From contig NW_024704751.1 of assembly GCF_018977255.1 (NCBI RefSeq), positions 10,974,001 through 11,038,000 on the forward strand: a DNA stretch of 64,000 nt, written 5' to 3'. How positions within the stretch are numbered: position 1 is the stretch's first letter; each line of letters opens with the position of its first letter. A model generated the notes under the pieces. That model saw only the letters and a list, made by a program, of their open reading frames with translations. It ran no database searches and was not told the origin of the DNA. The translations under genes were made by a program, and so were the position numbers. Source of the stretch: Callorhinchus milii. Lineage: Eukaryota. This document shows positions 41,201 through 64,000 of this stretch, piece after piece.

Positions 41201-42576
41201 TGTTTTACAATACTGTGTTTCTATAATTCCCCTGGAGTTTCCATCCATGAATCATGTTACCATCTTGTGATAAATACTGTTTAGACCTATTTTTCTTCAC
41301 ACTTACATCAAGCATTTTGTCACTAAATTCATATCTCTTCATGCACTCACCCCACCTTACCTCTGTGATCTCCTTCAACCACACAAACCCACCTCTCCAT
41401 TCGCTCAGTGAACACAGGCCTGCTTCCCGTCCGCAGCTGTATCTGCCCTACCATCAACAGTCGAGTGAAACTTTCAGCCATTCTGCCCCCGTTCTCTGGA
41501 GCTCCATCATGGAGAGTCTCCAGCTCGCTCTCTCCCTCCCCCTCCTTCAAGACCCGTCTCAAAACCTGCCTATTTCATTGTGTTTTTGGTAATAATCTGT
41601 TGAAAAACTAAATTAAAAAAATTAATAATTTAGTCACTCAATCCACAACTGTTTTTGGAGATGCTGCAGTGCACAATTGAATGCCGTATTTTATCCACAA
41701 AATACACAGTCACTACACTTACATTATATTCTGTGAAACGTTTTGAGACGTCTTGAAGACGTGATGAGGCTCTGTATCAAATGCAAGGATTAGTATTATT
41801 ATCCTTTCGCTCCCCACACCCCCCACCCTTGGCTCCCACCTCCAGCTCAGGTGCTCATCCAGAATTCTTAAGACAATGCTTTGAGACATCCTCCCAGTGT
41901 GAATCACTTGGTATAAATGCAAACTGTACTGTCGTTATAAGTTCTCCTTTGCTCCCGATTTATAAAACATTGCCGGAACTGTTGCTGTCGGTTTCCTTTG
42001 TGCTTTATTCTGGTTTTAAACCAAACACACCTGCAGCTCTGAACCCCACAGATCTCAGCCTCACCAAACAGTGTCTTCTCTATTGCTCATCATACAGGAA
42101 GTGGCTGATTGACTTACCAGCACTGCAGATAGTCTGGAGTCTCTCTGAGGTGAACCTGCTTTCACCCAGAAAGTTCCTACTAAATCAGAGAACCATGAGA
42201 CAGAAAAGCTGTTGATTTACTTGAACGGAATTTTTACAATAGGATTACGCCGTCTTGATTCCAGATTCAAACTAGAACGTCGAAACACTCGCAAGAGGTG
42301 ATACCAACTTCAGTCTCCATTTTTCTTCCTGCGTCAATGGTGCTATGTAGAGGAAATACAGTTGACAAGAAATAAAGGGGTAAGTAGAAACTTGGTGAGG
42401 GTTTAACCCTCTATCTTATATCTTGCTTGAAGCTCAAAGGAAATAGATTTAGATGTCGCAATAAAATGAATTCCCCAATTATATGAACTCTGTATTTTCT
42501 CCTTCGAGCCCCCCCCAAAAAAAATCTTATATCTTCAGAGAGTTAAGGTTCTTCATCAAGTTCGCAGACTTCTTTT

Positions 42577-43390
42577 GAATTTTGATCAACAAAATCCAGT
42601 GTCGCTTTTCACTATTTTCCTCTGGACAGTAAGTACATAATCCGTAAGCTTTCAAAACTGGTGTCACTCCTCCACATTAGGAATAGGGTTAAGGATGACT
42701 CCACGCAGCCAGAGTATGTTAGATGTTGAGCTGTGACTTTCTGCTCGTTTGCTGTCTGTCTTTCTGTCTTCCAAGCTTCCCATACAGCCCCCTCCTCTGC
42801 TAGACATGCCATCTAGATATGTATCTACGGCTTTACAATAACAGTAAACTGTGAAGAATCTACACGCTTATCTGGATGGCAATATATCGTACCATTGGAC
42901 CGTAATAACCAAAATCAAATCTCCTCATGTCCACTCTTATAGTCAATACCACATAACTGCAAATGTGCTTTGAGAGAGAAAGACACACACAATGAGAGAG
43001 AGAGAGTGAAACACAAATGGGAAACAGAGCATAAAGCATTGCAAAACTCGACTGAGAGAGAGAAAAATCATTATAAGAATGTTTCACTATAGAATTCCTT
43101 CCCCCAGAATAGTGTTCTACAAACCAACTCTTGAATTGGAAAACATATAGGATTATGAACTCTTCTATAATTTTCCTAAAAAAAACCCTGCAACATAATA
43201 ATTGTGAAATGATTTTAATGTTGCTTCATCAGCCTGGAAAGGATTATGGAAATTAGATTTTTACCCAAATGATGTTAAGGTTTTTATCACATCCTAAAAC
43301 GTATTGTGAATTTTGATCAACAAAATCCTGTGTCCCTTTTCACTATTTTCCCCTGGACAGTAAGTACATTATGCGTAAGTTTTCAAAACT
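42577..43390. repeat. Local direct repeat, two 83-bp copies (42577-42659 and 43308-43390)
   Basis: The copies match at 77/83 positions by eye, with weaker similarity extending upstream (gttaaggtt..., atgaactct...). Confidence 0.85.
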
Positions 43391-44149
43391 AAAACTTGAA
43401 CGACAGGCTCACGTCAAAGTTCCAACTGCATTTTAATCCTTCAATATCCTTATTCCAATGACTGTGTTTTTAAAGGCAGTGATGCACATTTCAAGTCAAC
43501 GTTTTCACAGAATGCCATCAAAGAAATTAATAGCTGCAGTAAAATGTAAATCATATTGAATAGAACATTTTAGGATGAAACGTTATAGCAAGAATTGAAA
43601 GGTGGGGAAACAAAATCAGTAGATTTATAAGACCTGAAGTGCAACATTTCCTCCAGTTTATATAAATTGTGCGACTGAACTGGTTAACACTTATTTCACA
43701 ATTCTGCTGATGGTTGCAAGTTCAGTCAATGCCAGCTTGGAACTGACTATTAATAATAATAATAATGATAATCCTGGCATTTGATACAGCGCCTTATCAT
43801 CATATCTTTGAGACGCCTCAAAGCGCTTCACAGAATATACTGTAAAGTGAATTGACTGTGTATTTTGTGGGCGAAATATTGTTCACCATTATATTTAGCT
43901 TAAATTTATCAAGCTTTGTCACAAACACAAACTCACACTTGGCCAATAGGCAGCAGGTAAGGTACTGTAGCGGCATTAGCTCCTTATCTTGGACTGTGGG
44001 TTTGAGGTCAGGAGATGGGAAAAGCTCAGGCCAAACTGTGGCTCCTTGGATTCCACCAGCTTCAGGTTTGTTCAGCAGGGGTTAATAGATGGCATTGTAG
44101 GCCCAAAGGTTAAGACAAAAAGATACTGAAACATTGTAAGTTTATCTCA

Positions 44150-44470
44150 TGTGTAGCTCCACGATGTTAAATGGGGTTGAGGGAACCCAGAACAATACTT
44201 TCAGATACACCTCGGCAGTAAAACAAGAGGACACAGGTTCAGAGTTGTGAAAGGGACAATTTCAAGCCAGACATCAAGTAATGTCTCTTTACACAGGAGG
44301 TAATTAGCAGCTGGAATGGGTTATCAGAAAAGGGTGAGTAAGGCCAGGATGCCAGACTCATTTAAGAAATAACTGGGTATTGTGATGGTCGGACAGTAGG
44401 GAGGATATTTTGGAAAGATGAGGTCAAATGGGCCAAAAGGCCTTCCTCATCTAAACGTTTCTTGTAATGT
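44150..44470 (+). mobile_element. Degenerate CR1-type LINE 3' fragment
   Basis: Resembles the CR1 ORF2 end and 3'UTR (acaagaggacacag..., tttacacaggaggtaattagcagctggaatg..., atgggccaaaaggcc). Confidence 0.6.
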
Positions 44471-47400
44471 TTGCAGCTCAACTGCACAATATTTTCTCAA
44501 AACCATTTGACGACAAAATACAAATAAAGTCCAGTGTGCCAAAACATCCTGGAGAGGAGTTGTTTAAATTATATTACAAGTCTCTCTTGTCCATTGGATT
44601 ACCTAATAAACAGTGTTAGATTTGTGCCTCGTTTATCGCTCTGTGTAATTTCTTTGCGCCAGGAATACTTTGCTTAAATATTCATGAGTTGAAAAGAGTT
44701 TTGAAATATTCTATAGAGAAACTTCCGAACTGCTCTGAAAATAGGAATAAAACGATGGCTTTGAAATACTCAGGCATTATTTACACTTTACTGAAACTTT
44801 GTGAAGCACTTTGATTCACTCTCATCATCATGGTACGAACAATAAATGTATAAATAAAAGCACTAAATGTAAATCGCATGTCAACGTATAAATTACAAGG
44901 ATTATTTTTATTATTAATATAATGAATCTTCAGCATCTTAAGACGCTTAAAATAAAGAGATATTAACAAGAATAAATAATAATAATCCTTGCATTTCATG
45001 TAGGGCCTTTCACGTCGGGAGGACGTCTCAAAGCGCTTCACAGGATATATAGGGTAAGTATAGTGACTGTGTGTTTTGTAGGTGAACTCGGCAGCCAATG
45101 TAGCTGTCAAATACATCGCAATTTCTGAACATTCTAACAGGGTAAAATGAGGTGTAACATTGGGCAATGTTACACACGAAGCTTAGAGTGTTAATAAATC
45201 TCGATTTTAGTGTAATAGGTATTTAGCTAAAAAGTATTACAAACATCAATTCCGAACCTATTAAACATCAACGGAAAGGTTGTCCCTGGAGAAGACGACA
45301 TTTGTATGTGTGAATCTTTCACAATAATCCGCAGAAAAGACTTTCTGTTATTTTCCAATGACCAGTGGGACTCACTCACTGTACTCCCCAATAATGCTAA
45401 GAATAATCCTTGCATTTGTTATACCGCCTTATCACGCCAGCTTAACTGACCAATGCCTTGGTTCATCCTTCTGATGTGAAAGGTGCTATATAACTGCAAT
45501 TTGTTGTTGTCTCAAAGCACTTTGCAGGATCCTACTGTAATGTGTAATGACCGTGTATTTGGAGGCGAATTGGCCAACGAAGGGAGAGTTTCAGTCATTG
45601 TTCTGACCTTGCATTACAAACACGGGCAGAGCTTATAGACCATTTTGGAACAAACAACGTCATTGAAATGAACTTAAAGAGATGCAGTTCCTTTTCACGG
45701 CATCGCTCCTGTTATAATTAGTGTTCTTGCCTTTCTTGCCAACATGCCTTTCTGCCCAGTCAGTAGAGAGATGTCCTTCCCAGTGGAAAGGCTTTGTGTA
45801 AATCTAAATTGTGTAACATTCTGTGGTTTCTGTACATTTAGCAGGGTTTTGACATTACAAATGCAGCAATGCCATGTCACTAAAGTCATTTTTTTTTTAA
45901 ATTCCATGTTATTTTGCCCTCAGCTTAGTTGGGAGAATTTTTTTAAAGCTTCAAAAGGAACAAAGGCTTCTTTTGTGCTGTAAATTTCTATGGTTCCAGA
46001 AAACAATTCTAACGGGCGGAAGCCATATTCCCATTGAGCCTGCTGCGATATTACACTAGTTTAGGAGGCCATTCGGCCCACCATGCCTGTGCTGGCTCTT
46101 TGAAAAAGCTACCCAAACAGTCCCAATCCCCCGTTCTTTCCCCATTACCTGCAATTTTTTTCCTTTTCAAGTACTATCCAATTCTCTTTTGAAAGTTATT
46201 ATTGAATCTACTTCCACCTTTGAGGCAGTGAGTTCCAGATTGTAACAACTCGCTGTGTAAAAAGAATTCTTCTCATCTCCCTTATGGTTCTTTTGCCAAT
46301 TATTTCAATCTGTGTCCTCTGTTTACCGACCCGCCGCCTGTCAGTGGAAACAGTTTCTCCTCTTATCAAAATCCCCTCATAATTTTGTACACTGATTTCC
46401 CTTTTTCTTTCTCATATCTTTTTTACTTCCCGAGTGCCTCTCCGTCAAGTACTTCCTATTCATTACATATTTTTTACATTTATAGAAATGTTCAGCTGGA
46501 AACTCGTATTGAGCCCATCGTGTCTTTCCCCGACTCAGACTCAGTACCTAACAGCGTCTAATTCTGGTCCCAGCATCGCCTCGATTACTCACATATCCTC
46601 GATTTAAGGTCTGTCTCAAGACCTCCTCTCTGACCACGCTTAGCTTACCTTTGCCACCGACTCGGCTCCCACCCCCCGCTCGGGTGCCCAGCCAGGATTG
46701 TCCATCCAAAGTCAAGGGCCCTGCGCTTTGAGACATCTCAACAACATGATAAGGCGCTATATCAAATGCAAAGATTATTATATTATTATAAATGTAAATT
46801 TGTATTGTATTGTACTCCAAGACGCTGCCCTGCCCGAAGGGCACTATATACATGCAAGTTTCCTTCAAACTCTCAGAACCTAAAGCCTTTTACCTGCTTC
46901 ATTATAAAGTCAGCCGCGTAGCTATGAGTTTTTCTGAATATTAACTGTCGTGTAAGGTTTCATTTCACTATTGTTTAGCCTGAAGGGCTTTAACTGTGCT
47001 GTGTGAAGTAAGGTATAAACTTGTCTCAGTTGTTAGCGTTCTCACCTCTGGGTTCAAGCCCCACGTCAGGACTTTGAGCTCACAGTTTAGGCTGACACCC
47101 TAATACAGCGCTGGGGTGCACTGCATTGTCGGAGATACCGTCCATTGGATCAGTAGATAGGAATGTTTCAGCTAGAAAACATTGGGGCTGTGGAGAGATT
47201 GTGAGGTCTGAGGCTCCAGGGTTGAGATAAGGTGTTCTTTCTCCAAGTCAAGAACAGGTCACTCATTGCCTGCTTTGGAGTCTCTCCTATCATTGTCATC
47301 ATTATCAGAAGGTTCTTCCTTCTCCCAATCTAACCCAAGAGCAAATCTCCAGCATCTATCATCTACATCCAACACCAAATATCTCACTAGGTCACATCTC

Positions 47401-50400
47401 CTTTGGAAGTATTACCATGATCAGATGAGCTGTGACCCCATGACACCAGGCTGATATTAAGAAATTTGCTTTTTTTAAAAAACTTTGTTTTGATCAACAG
47501 GGAGGAAAATTATCAAACCGCATTGAAAAGCTTCATGGGTTGTAACTACAGTGTCTAGTGGAATTGTCTGAGGTGCTGTGACTCAGTTTTCACAGCAGCC
47601 TTCCATAGGACCATAGAAACATACAGCACAACTGAAGGCCATTCAACCATTGTGTCTGTGCGGCTCTTTCAAGAGCAAACCCTTCAGTCCCATTTACTTG
47701 CCCTAACGTAGTTTAAACTGACCCTCAATGCAGTGCTGGGAGTGTGTTTCATTGTCCTTCAGATGAGATGTTAAACCGAAACACTGTCTGCCTATTCAGG
47801 TGGACGCTAAAGATCTCATGGCACGATTAGGAAAGAGAACAGCATTTCTCTCTCCCGATGTCCTGGCCAACAATCCCCCAAATAAAACTGGTCACTCATT
47901 TCATGGCTGTTTGTGGTGCTTTGCTATGCAATATTGTTCTACCACGTTTACCTACAAATACGCAGTCACTCCACTTCGCTGTAAATCCTGTGAAGCGCTT
48001 TGAGACGTCCTTCGGGCATGATAAGGAGCTACACCAAATGCAAAGATTATTGTGATTATTTACCTAGTTCCCTCTTGAAAGCTTTCAAAGCTTCTCCTGT
48101 CTATGCTAATATGCTTTGGGGTAGCAATACTGATCGCTGAAGATTGAATGTATCAGGAGATGGTGGTGGGTGGGGGGGTTGGGGGTCGAAAGAGAAACCA
48201 TCTAGCAACGTCCAACGGAAGGTGCAAAAACGCATGTTGGTCTGGAATTTGAGGCTGAATTGTAACCAGATTGACTTGGTGACTTATTTAGAGACATCAG
48301 TAGGTGGGGAATTTCCTTCAATATCTCAGTTTCTTAGGAATCCCCAAATGAATTGTGATGTGAATGACATTATTGATATTATGGTACATTTCGCCCACAG
48401 GAAACATGGATATAACTGATTCTGAAACCAAGCTCTGAAAAATCTCAGAGAATACACTGCCCTGTATGAGTTCCCCTGTAAATAGACTGCAGAGAAGTTT
48501 AACATTACTAACCACAGGGCAATAAACCCTCTCAGCTTGGAACTGCGAGGCCTGGCAGTGGTACACTGCCACACTATACAATGATAGCATATGTTATAAG
48601 AATAATACTTGAGTTTGATACAGTGCCTGATCACATCGTTGAGACGTCTCAAAGCGCTTTTCAGGATATACTGTACAGCGTAGTGAGTGTATTCTCTGGG
48701 TGAATGTGGCAGACAATTTGTGAGCAGCAATGTCCCACTATCACCATGCACTAGTGACATTGTACAGGATTTTCAGTATTTTAAGAATTTAGATTGATTT
48801 GAATGTACGAGATGGTCTGTGAGGGAGGGCAAATCTCACAGCCTCTTCTCACCGTAACCTACACCCGGGTAATTTCCAGCCGGGGTCACTGGACACAGCT
48901 CCCGGTGTAGGCTGACGCTGTAGTGCTGTACTGGGGGAGCATCGCATTGTCACAGGTGCCGTCTCCTTCCAATGAAACATAAAGAAACAGCTTGATGCCG
49001 TGGGAGGAGATGGGAGGATATTCTTGAAGAGTGGGCCAAAGGGTCTTCTTCATCCAAACTGGCTGGTTGTGGGCCATTGTTGTGTGCAGTGGTGCTGCCG
49101 CGATGGCCTACAGATCCACTCCATTTCACATTTCACTTTGTGCAGAATCTTGGGAAATTCTTAAATTTCACCAACAAAATACAAACTTTACAGTGTATCC
49201 CGTTAAGCGCTTTGAGACGTCTCGAAAACATGATAAGACGCTGTATCAAATGCGAGGATTATTATAAGTAAACCACTGCACTAATTTGTACTTGTCAAAT
49301 TCATTCAAAGCTCAACAATGACGGAAAGTCCTGACAGTCAGTGTGAGGCAACGTAAAGTCTTTCCTGGGTGAAAGTGGCTTATCTGCAGCTTTAACAAGT
49401 AAAAGATTGTAAGTAGTTTTTTACAGTTTTTTGGGGGCTTCTTCTGGGCATTTACAAGTCTTGTGTGTTATTTCCTGAAGTTTTCACTGATTATTGTTTG
49501 TTTATTATTAGATGTGGTGACATTAGACTTTAGTTTATTATTAGATGTGGGGACAATAAACATCTCTTTGTTAGATGCTTCTAAAGTTAAGAGTATCTAT
49601 AGAGTAAATTTAATAAGGTATTTATGTTGTGAAAGTTTGTAAGAAACATCAGGCTCAACCACTCAGCTCAGGGATAGCCTGAAGTTCACTTTGCCTTCAA
49701 ATCTCACTTTGAGCAGAATCGTGAGAAATTCTTGAATTCAACCTTAATTTGGAACCACAACAACTTGCATTCATATGGGGTAGCATCTCGGAGCGATTAA
49801 TGTGGTAGCGAGCTCCCCACTGCCCCTGCTAAGCTTCCAAATTAACAATGAAATTAAGAATTTTCCACAATTCTGTGTAATGTTGAATTGTAACATAAAG
49901 AGGCTTTGACCTGGGGAAAGTGACGGTCTTAGATCAAGGTCAGATCTAAACTCTAGACCCCCACCCACTGTTACCCCCAGCCCCCCCCCCCTCCCCCCCC
50001 CCTCCCCCCACGCTCCCCCCCTTCCCTGGGGTGAAGCTGGCTCGAGTCCACTCAAACCCTTGCACATTAAACATTTTGCTCAGTGTAACCTGGGAGTGAA
50101 TCAGTATAAATTGGAAGCTCTGAAGCTCTGTGATGTCTCTGAAATACATTTGCTTTAAAAATAATAATAGACCTCCCATTTGAAATAGAAAATATATAAA
50201 TATTTGATATACTTAATAATTCCTATCAACAGCAAATGTGATTTCAGTTCAATAGTTGGGTCGATTTTTATGGCGGTTCTTAACTGGTTTCTTAATCCAT
50301 TAAAAAATACCAATCTAAACTTACCCTAAAATTTACCCCAACGTTTGCTTATTTTCGTAGTCCTTTGTGTTTCCTTCTTCTGCAACGTGTTTTCGGGTTC

Positions 50401-50699
50401 CAGTGTTTAGTGGGACAATTGACCGAATGGACCATGGGTTGTAATGAGGTGTATTTCTGGGCGACTGCTTTGCAAGATTGCGTTAAGTTAGACATGACCA
50501 GCGCGGTGAAGTCAAACTATTGACGGAGAATTGAAGATAAGAATAGCGATTCGCTTTTGCAAGTGGGTTGAGAACAGGTGCCAACGATTACACTGCAGCA
50601 CCAACTTGCTGGGACGTGAGTTCCTATTGACAGTTAGTTGGTTAGTTAGTTAGTTAGTAAGTTAGTTAGTAATCCTTGTGTTTGATGCCACAAATCTGA

Positions 50700-50970
50700 C
50701 CCAGGATGGGAAAGAGAGACCAATCAGATTAGAAAAGGGGGCAGTTTTGGGCTGTGAGGAAGCGACATGAGAGTTAAATGTAACTATTGGACGTAAGAAC
50801 AATTTATTTTCCTTATTCCAACCCAGAGCGAAAATCCATATTTCAGAGGCATTGTTGTACACACACATACACACACACACACACACCTGCTAAGTGGTTG
50901 CCTATAACCCCAAAGCAGCCGTTACGTGCTGTGGTTTGAGAAGTCTGTGCTCTGCTTCTTTCCAGTGACG
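50700..50970 (+). promoter_or_regulatory. Putative LCK proximal promoter and splice acceptor for upstream-promoter transcripts
   Basis: Lies immediately 5' of the LCK ATG. It has a RUNX site TGTGGTT (about 50930), GGAA cores, a (CA)n tract, a TATA-like CTATAA (about 50902), and a good acceptor ttctttccag|TGACG at 50965/50966. Confidence 0.5.
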
Positions 50971-62296
<11,326 letters not shown>

Positions 62297-64000
62297 TAGC
62301 ACAATGCAATACAACTGGCATTTATTGTAGCACCTTTCATGTTGTTATGATGCAGGTTGGGATTTTATGGAACCCCAACTAATGTGCTAAATGGGGTCCA
62401 ACATAACTGATGTTTCCACCCCCTTCTTTTTGTAAACTAACGTTCTCTGATCTCCATGGAAACCTCACACCAAGCTCCATAGCCTCACTGACTGATGGAC
62501 ACATCCCAGGTGATGCCTCTGACCCAAAGCTGTAATCAGTCTCTGGAGTGGTTGGCTGTGCCTCTGATTAAGAACTGGCTTCCTGAGCCTCCAATCATCA
62601 TTATGGACCATCACATAGCAGCCTGGGTGGTTGTAGGAAAAAGTCAAGGCAAACGTTGACCTGAGGGCAATGGGCTATTTCCCATGGACAAGACAAACCA
62701 CAAACCCCCTCAATCATTAAGGCGCCAATTCCTGGTTGCAGTCTCCCCACAGTGCCTTGCGATTCCGGTAAACCAGCAACATGTGGCTAATTTTAGTGCT
62801 TATCAAAGGCGTATTTAGATTATTTTGCGAATATTACAAATAAATCCCCATCAATTCAGCACAAGGGAAAGGAAAGACATAGCTGACAACACAAAAGAGC
62901 AATAAAAAGCCAACTACAGTCAGGAAGGTTCCACCCAGTCTTTTGTGTACATTCACTGCTTGTTTTTCATATTTCTGTTGAATGTGAAGTGACCCTCTTT
63001 CAACTTTTAATGATTGTGGCGCATGCCAAATCAAACAGGAGAGCGGGGAGGGTGGGGAACCAAACGCAGGGTCTTTTGTAATATTGGGTGTTGATTCCAA
63101 GGATAGAAAATAAAACAGTAAGTTATTTTGAAGCAGCACCAGTTGGTTTGACAGAACCTTCAGGAAGGAACAAAATAGTTCTTCACATGTTTAAACAATG
63201 GACTTTATAAATAATTGTCCATCATCCCACCCGGTGTCTTATTTTAAAATTGAATAGGATTCTATTGTGTTTATTTGTGAGTCAGGCCAACTTTGACCTG
63301 ATGATCTATTGTGAACAAATTTAAATGCTGTCAGATTTCCTTCAGATTGTCTGCTGTTCAGAATACAAGAGGGCTTTTCTTGTTAAGCTGTTCATACAGT
63401 TGATCAGCACAAAGAAATCAAAGAAAGTCCCCAATGGACAGTTTTGATAATTCTTGGGGAATATTTCAAACCAAGCTCTAAACGTATGACAATGACGCAG
63501 ACGCATGTTGTTAACAATCAATGAAGGATCACAGGCAGGGAGAGCAATGAGGATGATCCCCAGTGTTAGAGCAACGAGCTGTGAGCAACGAGTAGACAAG
63601 CTCCAGCTCTTCAGTCTCGAGCAGACGTCTCAAGGGGGGATGTTTGTGATGTAACATGTTTTAAATGCGATTGAGAAAGTAAACAAGGAACATTACATTA
63701 GGGGGCAGCAGGACAGTAAAACAAGGGGATGTCGTTATAGAATTGTAAAGAGAATTCAGGGCAGCCTCCAGGAAGTATTTCTTTACTCAGAGGGTAAGTA
63801 ATGACTGGAACAGATTGCTGGGAAGGTTGGTTGAGGCCAGGATACTGGATGCACCTCCGACAATGCAGTGCAACTCCAGCACTCCACTGGAATGTCAGCC
63901 AAGACCTGGAGCTCAAAGTCCTGATGCAGAGCTTGACAACACAACTCTCTGTGACTCAGAGGCGTGATCGCTAGCGACTGAACCAGAGTGATAAGTGTGC

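Overview
Vertebrate genomic DNA, intron-rich and AT-rich, with dense SINE, L2 and CR1 debris. The repeat style (tRNA-headed SINEs sharing an L2 tail, CR1 3' ends, shark-type palindromic repeats) points to a cartilaginous fish, probably a holocephalan such as elephant shark; this is inference. Spliced gene models could be read by hand. From left to right: TMEM234 (-, 5 exons, 135 aa); EIF3I (+, 11 exons, 325 aa, head-to-head with TMEM234, with one U12-type intron); a decaying L-threonine 3-dehydrogenase (TDH)-like gene (-); an intact MTMR9-like pseudophosphatase (-, 10 exons, 538 aa); FAM167B (+, 2 exons, next to a 563-N gap); and the first 8 coding exons of LCK (+, continuing past the window end). 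This matches human 1p35 (TMEM234-EIF3I-MTMR9LP-FAM167B-LCK) and is paralogous to 8p23.1 (MTMR9-TDH-FAM167A-BLK). The most notable signals are the TDH paralog caught mid-pseudogenisation, the intact ortholog of a human pseudogene that has lost its C-terminal coiled coil, mirror-image C-rich minisatellites flanking a very compact bidirectional promoter, extra MGCN starts upstream of LCK, and several long palindromes. I see no evidence for a wholly new multi-gene system. Most ORFs in the six-frame track are spurious.
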